Source: Octopus sinensis
Lineage: Eukaryota
DNA length: 44,446 bases
NCBI RefSeq assembly: GCF_006345805.1
Contig: NW_021835048.1
Span: forward strand, 1-44,446
Direction: 5' to 3'
The translations under genes and the position numbers were made by a program. Below are positions 1-12,168 of the stretch, one piece after another. Within the stretch, counting starts at the first letter, position 1. Each line of letters begins with the position of its first letter. The notes under the pieces were generated by a model that was given only the letters and a program-made list of their open reading frames with translations, was not told the DNA's origin and ran no database searches.

Positions 1-370
1 TCATATGACACCGCTAGAAAAAAACTGCCGTTCAAACCAAAAGATACATTGATCCTCCAAATGACATGCATATATCCATAGATGTATACACAACACACAC
101 ACATACATACATACATCTACAACCATTAATCTGTTGATATATACACATCCAAACACACACACACACTCAAATACATAGTTTTCGTTTCTTGAAAAATCAC
201 AGTTAAAGCTACTAGATTCTTGATCCCAAACTTTTATAAATTATATACTCATGCACCCTGTATTGAGTACTATTTTAACTAGTTTGTAAATACAAAAATT
301 TTCTTAATTATATCCACATAGAAATATTCATAAACCTACACACACATACAGACATACATACATATACAAG

Positions 371-403
<33 letters not shown>

Positions 404-591
404 TATGAGTATAATTATAATTAGGATTCGGCAAAAAAATTTATAAAATATTGCCAAACCCTAATTATAATTATACTCATAATTATAAAAAGTATTGTTT
501 AAGTTTACCGAAAATGGTCCTTTTTAACATACCGAATACTACTTGGTGGAATTATTAATTATTAATTAATTAATTAATTAATTTTACCCTT

Positions 592-626
<35 letters not shown>

Positions 627-1375
627 GACATATACACATATACAAATACAGATTACACACACACACACATCATACTTGCTAGTGTATAAGATGCATTCTT
701 GCATAGAGTGTACTCCTATATTTTGTAGAAATAATGCTAAATTTAGTATATTTCATCAGAAATTTACTGAAAGATAGTTTAAAGTGGTTTTGTAGTATAA
801 AATGTATGATTCACTGCACGGAAATACAATGCTGTGACAGTCTACTGGAATGAAATATGAATGAAATATAATAATAATTAGTATTACTATTATTATTATT
901 GTAGTATATAGTCAACTTTGTGGTCCCACTTGTTTTTTATAATACATTTGGCATTTTTGGTTTTTGTCCCTTCTTCCTCTAAATTTAAATCACAGTTAAT
1001 TAAGAAATAGATTCATTCAGTGTTACTGTAATGAGCTACCAGAGTGGTGCGCCATCACTATGATTTTGTTGTCATCCACTCACTGCAAGCAGCTAATAGG
1101 TAGATGGAGTTTTATGTCTAAGATGTTGCAGAGGCTACTAGAGTGGTGCACCATCCCTCCACATAGCTTCTAACATGCTGAGGTAATTTTGACTCGTAGT
1201 CAACAGAATTAATAAGAATCATTGCACCATGTGAACTTATCCTTATCTGGCCCTCTGGGCCACAGTTCTTTGTCTACCATCCATTACACAGACGCATTAG
1301 AAACATGGCAATTTCTTGATGTTTCAAACTAAAAACGAAAAGTACATCTTATACACCAACAAATATGGTAATTGT

Positions 1376-1425
1376 ATATATACACATACACCCACATACA
1401 TACATACATACATACATACAAATAC

Positions 1426-1457
<32 letters not shown>

Positions 1458-1569
1458 GTATATATACATATATATACACACACACACATGCATACACATA
1501 CATAATATATGAAAATACATATATAAATACATATATATATGTATATATACATATGTATATACATATATC

Positions 1570-1606
<37 letters not shown>

Positions 1607-1655
1607 TGTATACACATACATAATATATGAAAATACATATATATATATATGTATA

Positions 1656-1706
<51 letters not shown>

Positions 1707-1731
1707 ATTATACATACATACATGTATGTGT

Positions 1732-1770
<39 letters not shown>

Positions 1771-1935
1771 ATAGATGCATGTATAAAAATAAACTTCTAA
1801 AAATAAACCATCTAAAAGACTTCAAGTATGTTTTCAACTTCTTAACTTCTTTTTTTCTATATATGTAAGCGTATGTATGTGTGTATGTATCTGTATGTAT
1901 GCATATATGCATGCATATGTGTGTGTGTGTGTAGC
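1376..1935. repeat. (TA)/(CA)/(TACA)n microsatellite field; similar at 5295-5605, 22306-22600, 23120-23490, 36440-36830, 38960-39065, 39517-39662
   Basis: Direct reading; explains the YI/VC-rich ORFs in the track. Confidence 0.95.
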
Positions 1936-2252
1936 TGACTGACTTCTGCACAGCTATCAGATATAATAATAACAATTAATATTATAATTATTATTATTAT
2001 TATTATTGTTATTGAAGTATAGTCAACTCCGTGGTCCCACTTGCGTTTTATAATACATTTGGCATTTTTGGTTTTAGTTCGTTCTTCCTCAAAATTTAAA
2101 TCACAGTTAATTAAGAAATAGATTCGTTAGCAGTTCATTGTGGAAGAAGCAAGGAAATATGTTTCAAAAAAAAAAAATGATATAAAAAAAAATAATAATA
2201 ATAATAGTAATAATACTAAAAACGGTATTAATTCCTTGTAAGTAGGAATCGG

Positions 2253-2492
2253 TCAGATAACTTCTAGAGGAACTCCTATTTCCAGAGTTTGTATTTCTCG
2301 GTTCAAGACCTTGGATATTTTTGCGACCAGGTTGAAGTCCATTAAATCTTTCCTGGTTATCATGCCGACGACAGAATTTTTGTCGTCGGTCACTACTAGA
2401 TGGCGCAATCCGAGACTTCGGAAAATTATGTATGTTCTGTAGAGGGAAAATCTCTCAGGAATGCACATTGCGGACTGGTTTATGTACGGTTT
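2253..2492 (-). CDS. CLC exon 17, CBS2 and stop (KPYINQSA...FRSLGLRHLVVTD...GMITRKDL...EVI*)
   Basis: CACAG acceptor, classic CBS2 motif, TGA at 2255-2253. Confidence 0.95.
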   Translation of the reverse strand, partial: KPYINQSAMCIPERFSLYRTYIIFRSLGLRHLVVTDDKNSVVGMITRKDLMDFNLVAKISKVLNREIQTLEIGVPLEVI

Positions 2493-3476
2493 CTGTGGAA
2501 AAACAAAAAAAGAAACAAAGTGGAAATAATGGTTTCGAATTTTGGCACAAGGCCAGAAAGTTCGAGGCGGAGGGGGTAAATCTATTACATTGACCCCACC
2601 CCCCTCTCTCTCTTTCGGAGAGGCACTGAGCACCTACACACACATATACACACACACGGCAGTAATTTCCGCCTACGGAATTCAATCTCAAAGCTTCGGT
2701 CGACTCAGGGCTATAGCAGAAGACATCGGCCCAAAGTGCCACGCAGTGGGACTGAACCTGAAACCATGTAGCTAGGAAGCAAGCTCCCTAACCACATGGT
2801 CATCAGCCCCATCTGGCAGCTGGCCGTTTGCCAGTCCGTCTGGCAGCTGTTCCAGTGGCACGTAAAAAGCACCCATTACACTCACGGAGTGGTTGGCATT
2901 AGGAAGGGCATCCAGCCGTAGAAACATTGCCAGATCAAGATTGGAGCCTGGTGCAGCCTTCTGGCTTCCCATACCCCAGCTGAACCGCCCAACCCATGCT
3001 AGCATGGAAAGCAGATGCTAAATGATGATGATGATGATGACCCCCCCAGTACACAACTGGTACTTATTTTATCGATCCTGAAAGAAGGAAAGGCAAAGTC
3101 AACTTTGGCAGAATTTGAACTCCCACAGCTCATTACCTTAAACAGAGGGCAAATATCAGTTTCAAATTTTGACCCAAGATCAGTGAATTTGTGGACAAGG
3201 GGTAGGTGAATTACATCAGACCCCCCTCCCCTATGCTCACTGCATTAAACATAGCAGAAATACTAATAAAACTAAACAACACCTCTCTAAACACACACAC
3301 ACACACACAATTCTTCATCTCCTAATATAAAATTGCACCCCTTTCCACCCCCTTCTCTGCCTCAGGTTTCTTAGTTTTACTATCCTGCCACTCTATCCGT
3401 CCAACTACTCCCTTCTGCTTTCCTCTATCCTACTTGTTGTAGAAGGGTCCTGACCACCCCCACGTGACCAAAAGTG

Positions 3477-3975
3477 GACTGACAATCAGTAGTTGACTGC
3501 AGTACAATTGACAATCAGTAGTTGACTGCAGTACAATTGACAATCAGTAGTTGACTGCAGTACAGTTGACAGTCAGTGGTTGACAGCAGTACAGTTGACA
3601 GTCAGCGGTTGACAGCAGTACAGTCGACAGTCAGCGGTTGACTGCAGTACAGTTGACAGCAGTACATTCGACAGTCAGCGGCTGACAGCAGTACATTCGA
3701 CAGTCAGCGGTTGACAGCAGTACAGTCGACAGTCAGCTGTTGACAGCAGTACAGTTGACAATCAGCAGTTGACAGCAGTACAGTTGACTGCAGTACAGTT
3801 GACAGCAGTACAGTCGACAGTCAGTAGAGTTGACAATCAGCAGTTGACTGCAGTACAGTCGACAGTCAGTAGTTGACAGCAGTACAGTCGACAGTCAGTA
3901 GTTGGCTGCAGTACAGTTGACAGTCAGCTGTTGACAGCAGTACAGTTGACAATCAGCAGTTGACTGCAGTAGAGT
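3477..3975. repeat. Minisatellite of alternating 14/15-nt GTYGAC-initiated subunits (~29-nt period)
   Basis: GTTGACAGCAGTACA / GTCGACAGTCAGCG repeated. Confidence 0.9.
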
Positions 3976-4074
3976 TTTTACTTCACCTTCTTATTGTATC
4001 TTTTGCATTATGTACACACACACACAACTGTCCATATATATGACAAGATAAGTAACATGCTTCCACATACTTAC

Positions 4075-4170
4075 CAAGTCCACAAAAAGCTGTGTATATT
4101 GTCGGTTTGATACATAAGCCTTAAGCTTCTCTTCCAGACCAGGAGGTTGGCCTGCTCTGTCTGGACGTAA
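4075..4170 (-). CDS. CLC exon 16 (LRPDRAG...YTQLFVDL)
   Basis: TTTCAG acceptor, GTAAGT donor, phase 0 to 0. Confidence 0.88.
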
Positions 4171-4269
4171 CTGAAACAGAAACAAGACGTATATGTGAGT
4201 GCATATGTATGTATGTTTGCATGTATATTCAGACAATAAATATGTGTATTATAGACACATATCAATGTA

Positions 4270-4483
4270 GATAAATAGAAACAGATAGACAGACACATAG
4301 TTAGACAGATAGACAGACAGACAGACAGGCAGATAGATAGATAGAGTGACAGACAGACAGACAGACAGGCAGGCAGGCAGGCAGATAGATAGATAGATAG
4401 ACAGACAGATAGGCTGACAGACAGACAGACAGACAGGCAGGCAGGCAGATAGATAGATAGATAGATAGATAGACAGATAGGCT

Positions 4484-4515
<32 letters not shown>

Positions 4516-4870
4516 GGCAGGCAGATTGATAGATAGATAGACAGACAGACAGACAGATAGGCTGACAGACAGACAGATAGGCTGACAGACAGACAGACAG
4601 ACAGACAGACAGGCAGGCAGATTGATAGATAGATAGACAGACAGACAGACAGATAGGCTGACAGACAGACAGATAGGCTGACAGACAGACAGACAGACAG
4701 ACAGATTGATAGATAGATAGACAGACAGACAGACAGATAGGCTGACAGACAGACAGATAGGCTGACAGACAGACAGACAGACAGACAGACAGAGAGACAG
4801 ACAGACAGGCAGGTAGGCAGGCAGGCAGACAGACAGACAGACAGATAAATAGATAGGCAGACAGACAATT
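4270..4870. repeat. Compound (GACA/GATA/GGCA)n tetranucleotide microsatellite; similar at 37320-37710
   Basis: Direct reading. Confidence 0.95.
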
Positions 4871-4936
4871 TGTGAAAACTAACAAACATACCAATGCAAG
4901 GTAAATACATGCACTTGTATGAAGTTAAGCAGGTAT

Positions 4937-5015
<79 letters not shown>

Positions 5016-5051
5016 CATACATATATATACAGCCACGCAGTCACCACCTAC

Positions 5052-5148
5052 CTCGGTGTATTCTATTAAAGTGACGTCATACAACTCATTCTGCGCGTCT
5101 GTACTCTCAAACAATTCCTCCTGCAACATCAGAACGTTGAGTTCTTGC
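5052..5148 (-). CDS. CLC exon 15 (QELNVLMLQEELFE...EYTE)
   Basis: TTCCCAG acceptor, GTAGGT donor, phase 2 to 0. Confidence 0.88.
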
Positions 5149-5210
5149 CTGGGAACAAGAAACAGATGAGACTTCTTTTAGTCATGGCAAACGAGGGATC
5201 AAACTAGAAC

Positions 5211-5290
5211 AGGGATTCCCAACCTGGGGTCCGTGGACTCTGGTGGTCCACAAATGTAGTACTGAGGGTCCACAGTGAACTAAATTCAAA
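5211..5290. mobile_element. hAT-like DNA transposon terminal fragment
   Basis: CAGGGATTCCCAACCTGGGGTCC resembles hAT/Charlie-type termini (from recall, not searched). Confidence 0.5.
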
Positions 5291-5729
5291 ATTTCATATA
5301 TATACATATATATATGTACATATATATACATATATATATGTACATATACATACATATATATAAATATATATACACATATATATACATATATATACACATA
5401 TATATACATATATATACACATATATATACATATACATACACATATATATACATATACATACACATATATATACATATATATACACATATACATATACATA
5501 CACATATATATACATATATATATACATATATATACACATATATACACATATATACACATATATACACATATATACACACATATATATATATATATATATA
5601 TATTACAAAATTAGAGAATGGAGAAACATACTTAAATCAATAAAACATCAACTATCCGATGATACCCAATCAATACTTTAATACACTGAATTTTCAACCC
5701 CTATCTCATTTTATATATATATATATAAG

Positions 5730-6279
5730 CGAGGGTGAGTCAAAAAGTAATGCCATTTTGTTTAGGACAGGTATAATTACCAACACAGGAACAAGTATCA
5801 TACATCAAAATGAAGCTGGTCCTACTTCTCAACATAGTCACCGTTTCTCTCAATAGCAATGTTCCACCTTCGAATGAGAGCATGTTTCCCTGCCCGTAAA
5901 ATTCTGTTGACTGTTCTTTGAGCCACATCTTCACTACAGTTTTCACTTCCTCGTCACGGGAATAATTTAGCGCCTTCAGACTACCATCTCTTCGACCCCA
6001 TGGAAGAGGGTTTGAGAGACAAACATTATTCCAGTGACGAGGAAGTGAAAACTGTAGTGAAGAAGTGGCTCAAAGAACAGTCAACAGAATTTTACGGGGC
6101 AGAGATATGTGCACTCATTCGAAGGTGGAATATTGCTATTGATAGAAACGGTAACTATGTTGAGAAGTAGGGATGTGATCCACAGAGGACCAGCTTCATT
6201 TTGATGTATGATACATGTTCCTGTGTTGGTAATTATACCTGTCCTAAACAAAATGGCATTACATTTTGACTCACCTTCG
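5730..6279. mobile_element. Mariner-derived foldback element made of two inverted 3' ends
   Basis: Ends CGAGGGTGAGTCAAAA..; the internal part encodes a mariner transposase C-terminus remnant (LAPSDYHLF...KWLKEQSTEFY). 5730-5966 is the reverse complement of 6025-6279. Confidence 0.88.
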
Positions 6280-6679
6280 TATATACATAAGGATAAGCAT
6301 ACTACAAGCATACTACAAATTAGCAGTGAAATACTGGGGTAGATTTAAGATTTCTATAATCCATCCTAGAAGTGAATGGAATTATAATAGAAGATTAATG
6401 CTAACTTTGTCAATAATCCTTTTGGGGTTGATAAAATAAATTAGCAGTGAAATACTGGGGTAGATTTAATATTCCATTAAAACACATAAGACTGAGTCTA
6501 ACATAAAGTTAGTCTTAGTTTTCTATTATAATTCTATTGACATCTAAGACGAAGACTAACTTTAACGAGTTTCTTGGCAATGAATTAATTCCTGCAAGGA
6601 AACGGTATGTAGCTTCAGTGATAACAAAATTGACATTTAAGAAATTAGAGCCTCGTTAATTTCAGGCCGTTTATCTTAC

Positions 6680-6856
6680 CGAGTAATGATTCCACAGAAT
6701 GAAGAATCCACGTTACCCTTGGTCCTGACAATTGGAAAGCCTCCATGCTGAGTCTCTCGGAGAAGTCTAGCAAGGACATCGACCGATTCTCGTTCTTTTA
6801 CAATAATTACGGGTTGAGACATGACATCGGAAACTTTGAAAAGATCGAGATTAATT
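6680..6856 (-). CDS. CLC exon 14, CBS1 (INLDLFKVSDVMSQPV...HGGFPIV...CGIITR)
   Basis: TTTCAG acceptor, GTAAGA donor, 177 nt phase 2 to 2. Not in the ORF track. Confidence 0.94.
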
Positions 6857-7003
6857 CTGAAATTTGAAGAAAAATGGAATTTAATTATGGTCTAAGGTTA
6901 AAGACCCCCTACGGTCATGAATGACCATGGGATTGCACCTAGAAAGTTACCCTCCGAGGCACAAGTCCAGGCAAGGTTGTTTTAATGGAAGACCAGCAGT
7001 CGC

Positions 7004-7198
7004 TCCGGGTTGCGGATCCGTGGAATAAGCTGCCGGACGAGATAGTGAAGATGCCGACGACCGCTCGGTTCAAAGTCTCTCTTGACCAGAAATGGCCTGA
7101 ACTCTTTGCACAAACACCCTCCCTGTACATAACTCCATGTCCACCTACATGGCCTTGCTTTTTGCTTTTTGAGCCAAAAAATTAACTTAACTTAACTT
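7004..7198 (+). mobile_element. CR1-like LINE 3' fragment
   Basis: LRVADPWNKLP..FKVSLD resembles the CR1 ORF2 C-terminus; (AACTT)n tail. Confidence 0.7.
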
Positions 7199-8066
7199 AT
7201 ACCAGCCTCACCTCTCCATGCCACTGATGTGATCTGAGGGAAAGGCAAAGGGGCCGATACAGCTTGGCACCAGTGACATCACAACTCATTTCTGCAGCTG
7301 AGTGAACTGGAGCAACGTGAAAAAAAGTGTCTAGCTCAAGAACACAATACAGCCAGGTTCATCATCATCCTCATCATTTAACGTCTGCTTTCCATGCTAG
7401 CATGGGTTGGACGATTTTGACGGAGGGCTGGCGACCCAGATGGCTGCACCAGGCTCCAATCTTGATCTGGCAGAGTTTCTACAGCTGGATGCCCTTCCTA
7501 ACGCCAACCACTCCGAGAGTGTAGTGGGTGCTTTTACGTGCCACCGGAATGAGGGCCTGTTTGGTGGTACTGGCAACGGCCACGCCCAAATGGTGCTTTT
7601 TACGTGCCACCTGCACAGGATCCAGTCCAGCGGCACTTGCGACGACCTCGCTCAAATGTTTCACGTGCCACCAGCACAAGTTCTAGTAAGGTGACGCGGT
7701 AACGAATGATATAAACATTGGCAAAAAACAGAAAAAAAGAAAAGAGAAATTCTTATAATCAGACAAGTAGAAAACCAATGATTGATCTGTTGAAATCCAA
7801 TAACCAATCACACCAGTTTTCAGAAAATGTAATACAAAATTTAAAAAAAAAAATTTTTAAATAGATAGTGGCAGGAGTGGCTGTGTGATAAGTAGCTTGC
7901 TTACCAACCACATGGTTCCGGGTTCAGTCCCACTGCATCACACCTTGGGCAAGTGTCTTCTACTATAGCCTCGGGCCGACCAATGCCTTGTGAGTGGATT
8001 TGGTAGACGGAAACTGAAAGAAGCCCATCGTATATATGTATGTATATATGTATATATATGTATGTA

Positions 8067-8110
<44 letters not shown>

Positions 8111-8113
<3 letters not shown>

Positions 8114-10098
8114 GTATTTTTATTTTCTCTTATATTACCACTTTTTTTCTCTCCTTCTTTCTGTGTTTTTCTCTCTGTGTATCTTTCTGTTGAAGAGCGT
8201 AGGCTCGAAACGTTAAAGACTTGTTTTATTTATATATTCCTGAGCGCCATACTAATACAATTGTTCGTTTGTTTTCCACCTGCCTTCGTCTTTTGTTTAT
8301 TTTCATAAAGCTTCCCGTTATATATTATGCGCTCACGTGGTCTCACTTTCATCCTATATTCTACCAATACCACTATCAACACTTACCTCTACCTTGGATT
8401 TTCTTTACCTCTTGGATACTTACCATTGGCTGCACCTCTCTTTCGCGGATCAAAGTGACTTTGCATTGATGTGAAATCCTTAAAAAATATACCACGACGT
8501 CTACACATTTCTCACCTTGAACTTTCAACCTTGAACTTGTTCGCATAAACTGTCCCGTTTGTTGTATTTTTATTTTCTCTTATATTACCACTTTTTTTCT
8601 CTCCTTCTTTCTGTGTTTTTCTCTCTGTGTATCTTTCTGTTGAAGAGCGTAGGCTCGAAACGTTAAAGACTTGTTTTATTTATATTTCCTGAGCGCCATA
8701 CTAATACAATTGTTCGTTTGTTTTCCACCTGCCTTCGTCTTTTGTTTATTTTCATAAAGCTTCCCGTTATATATTATGCGCTCACGTGGTCTCACTTTCA
8801 TCCTATATTCTACCAATACCACTATCAACACTTACCTCTACCTTGGATTTTCTTTACCTCTCTTGGATACTTACCATTGGCTGCACCTCTCTTTCGCGGA
8901 TCAAAGTGACTTTGCATTGATGTGAAATCCTTAAAAAATATACCACGACGTCTACACATTTCTCACCTTGAACTTTCAACCTTGAACTTGTTCGCATAAA
9001 CTGTCCCGTTTGTTGTATTTTTATTTTCTCTTATATTACCACTTTTTTTCTCTCCTTCTTTCTGTGTTTTTCTCTCTGTGTATCTTTCTGTTGAAGAGCG
9101 TAGGCTCGAAACGTTAAAGACTTGTTTTATTTATATTTCCTGAGCGCCATACTAATACAATTGTTCGTTTGTTTTCCACCTGCCTTCGTCTTTTGTTTAT
9201 TTTCATAAGCTTCCCGTTATATATTATGCGCTCACGTGGTCTCACTTTCATCCTATATTCTACCAATACCACTATCAACACTTACCTCTACCTTGGATTT
9301 TCTTTACCTCTTGGATACTTACCATTGGCTGCACCTCTCTTTCGCGGATCAAAGTGACTTTGCATTGATGTGAAATCCTTAAAAAATATACCACGACGTC
9401 TACACATTTCTCACCTTGAACTTTCAACCTTGAACTTGTTCGCATAAACTGTCCCGTTTGTTGTATTTTTATTTTCTCTTATATTGTTTTTCTCTCTCTG
9501 TGTATCTTTCTGTTGAAGAGCGTAGGCTCGAAACGTTAAAGACTTGTTTTATTTATATTTCCTGAGCGCCATACTAATACAATTGTTCGTTTGTTTTCCA
9601 CCTGCCTTCGTCTTTTGTTTATTTTCATAAAGCTTCCCGTTATATATTATGCGCTCACGTGGTCTCACTTTCATCCTATATTCTACCAATACCACTATCA
9701 ACACTTACCTCTACCTTGGATTTTCTTTACCTCTTGGATACTTACCATTGGCTGCACCTCTCTTTCGCGGATCAAAGTGACTTTGCATTGATGTGAAATC
9801 CTTAAAAAATATACCACGACGTCTACACATTTCTCACCTTGAACTTTCAACCTTGAACTTGTTCGCATAAACTGTCCCGTTTGTTGTATTTTTATTTTCT
9901 CTTATATTACCACTTTTTTTCTCTCCTTCTTTCTGTGTTTTTCTCTCTCTGTGTATCTTTCTGTTGAAGAGCGTAGGCTCGAAACGTTAAAGACTTGTTT
10001 CATTTATATTTCCTGAGCGCCATACTAATACAATTGTTCGTTTGTTTTCCACCTGCCTTCGTCTTTTGTCTATTTTCATAAAGCTTCCCGTTATATAT
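8111..10098 (+). repeat. Head-to-tail array of a ~450-bp unit (4 full units plus a ~215-bp partial), each with a hammerhead-like motif; Penelope-terminus/retrozyme-like
   Basis: Unit starts at 8111, 8561, 9012, 9460 and 9883; near-identical copies; flanked by (TA)n. Confidence 0.9.
8182..8219 (+). ncRNA. Minimal type I hammerhead-ribozyme-like motif (identical copies at 8632, 9083, 9505, 9956)
   Basis: UCUUU-CUGUUGA-A-GAGC(GUAG)GCUC-GAAA-CGUU-AAAGA: stems I and II pair, stem III is palindromic ACGU. The core has U in place of A6. Confidence 0.55.
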
Positions 10099-10358
10099 GT
10101 ATGTGTGTGTGTTTGTGTGTCTGTGTTTGTCCCCCTAGCATTGCTTGACAACCGATGCTGTTGTGTTTATGTCGCCATCACTTAGCGGTTCGGCAAAAGA
10201 GCCCGATAGAATAAGTACTGGGCTTACAAAGAATAAGTGCCGGGGTCGAGTTGCTCGACTAAAAGCGGTGCTCCAGCATGGCCGCAGTCAAATGACTGAA
10301 ACAAGTAAAAGAAGTAAAAGATAAAAAAAAAAAGAGTAAAACGTCTGTTGTAACTTAC

Positions 10359-10525
10359 AGTTTCTTGTCGATGACGACTTGTGGTTCCGGTGGCAAGAAT
10401 GGGATACACTTCAACTCTAGTAACGAATGGTAATGGGGATGGGTGAAGAAATCACCGATCCACTTTGCGACCATAATAGCTACCATGATTGGTAACAGAA
10501 ACTGGACGTCATTTGTCAGTTCAAT
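10359..10525 (-). CDS. CLC exon 13 (IELTNDVQFLLPIM...HPHYHSLLELKCIPFL...KKL)
   Basis: CATCCAG acceptor, GTAAGT donor, phase 0 to 2, contains the central Tyr. Confidence 0.95.
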
Positions 10526-10740
10526 CTGGATGGGCATGGAAGGAAATATTTGAATCAGTAAAAATCAATTTGGATGGTCACGAAAGGAAATATTTGAATC
10601 AGTAAATATCAATTTGTGTGGTCACAGAAAGAAAATATTTGAATCAGTAAAAACCAATCTGGATGGTCACGAAAGGAAATATTTAAATCAGTAAAAATCA
10701 ATTTGGAAGGTCACGAAAGGAAATATTTGAATCAGTAAAA
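10520..10740. repeat. ~41-nt minisatellite (about 5 units) overlapping the exon 13 acceptor
   Basis: GAAAGGAAATATTTGAATCAGTAAAAATCAATTTGGATGGTCAC repeated. Confidence 0.88.
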
Positions 10741-12168
10741 TTCGAGAGGTTGCTGGAAAGTTCCTGTATTTAAGGGCATTGCAATAGGCCTGGTTGAAGG
10801 CCAAACCTTCTGAGTTCATTTACAGGACTTAGAAAAACTGAAGGACTGCTGCAATAAGTGTGTGACTCTGAGAGGGGAACATATTGAATAAAATCATAAT
10901 TAACTGATCCTTCTGTATTTTCTTTTACCCAAGGCCAGGAACTTTTCAGCACCCCATTGTGTGTGTGTGTGTGTGTGTATCATCATCATCATCATCATCA
11001 TCATCATTTAACGTGTGCTTTCCATGCTAGCATGGGTTGGACGGTTCAACCGGGATCTGGGAAACCAGCAGGCTGTGCCAGGCTCCAATCTGATCTGGCA
11101 GTGTTTCTACAGCTGGATGCCCTTCCTAATGCCAACCACTCCGAGAGTGTAGTGGGTGCTTTCTACGTGCCTCCTGTAGAGGGGGCCAGAGGAGCTGGCA
11201 TCGACCACAATTGGAAGCCAGTGAAAGCAGCACTGGCATCGGCCACGTTCGGATGGTGCTTTTTACATGTCACCAGCACAGAAGCGGGGGTCACAACTAC
11301 AATTTCTATTTGATTTGATTTTGATATTGTTGATGTACTTGACTCAATAGGTCTATATTTATTTTACTTTTATTTAGTTTCAGATCACAAGCTGTGGTCA
11401 TGCTGGGGCACTGCCATTTGGTGTTGCTACATGATTTTACTTCACAAATACTTTTTAGCATATATCATCATCATCATCATCATTTAGCGTCCGTTTTCCA
11501 TTTTTCCATGCTAGCATGGGTTGGTCGGTTCAAATGGGGTCTGTGAAGCTGGAAGGCTTCATCAGGCCCAGTCTGATTTGGCAGTGTTTCTACAGCTGGA
11601 TGCCCTTCCTAACGCCAACCACTCTGTGAGTGTAGTGGGTGCTTTTTACATGCCACCCGCACAGGTGCCAAACAGAGCTGGCAAACGGCCACGAACGGAT
11701 GGTGCTTTTACATGTCACCAGCATGGGGGCCAGGCGAGGCTGGCAACGGCCATGAACGGATGGTGCTTTTACATGTCACCGGCATGGGGGCCAGGCGAGG
11801 CTGGCAACGGCCATGAACGGATGGTGCTTTTACATGTCACCGGCATGGGGGCCAGGCGAGGCTGGCAACGGACACGAACAGATGGTGCTTTTAGGTGCCA
11901 CCGACACGGGGGCCAGACAGAGCTGGCAATATATATTTCTTTATTACCCACAGGTAGCAGTTTTTTTATGCAGCTATCCTCAGAGCGATATGAAATGATG
12001 AACCTAGCTGGAGGACACCACACATCATTCAACCCAAGAATTGAACCCACAATTCTTATGGTTGTGTCCTTGGCACCCTAACCACTAGTCTACAAAAATT
12101 CCAAATATCTGAAACCAATGGAAAGTACAATAAAAACAGAAAAAAAACGATGCAGGTCGGTGCCTTAC

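Noticed and set aside
1316-1975. Long YI/VC/HT-rich ORFs here and at 5182-5643, 22253-23402, 36637-37805
   Set aside because: Translations of (TA)/(CA)/(GATA)n microsatellites, open on both strands with no domain.
4071-5129. 352-aa ORF
   Set aside because: Only 5052-5148 is exon; the rest is a tetranucleotide repeat.
8111-10098. CRISPR array or protein-coding tandem repeat
   Set aside because: Eukaryotic context, no unique spacers, no cas genes; the short ORFs differ by frameshifts between units.
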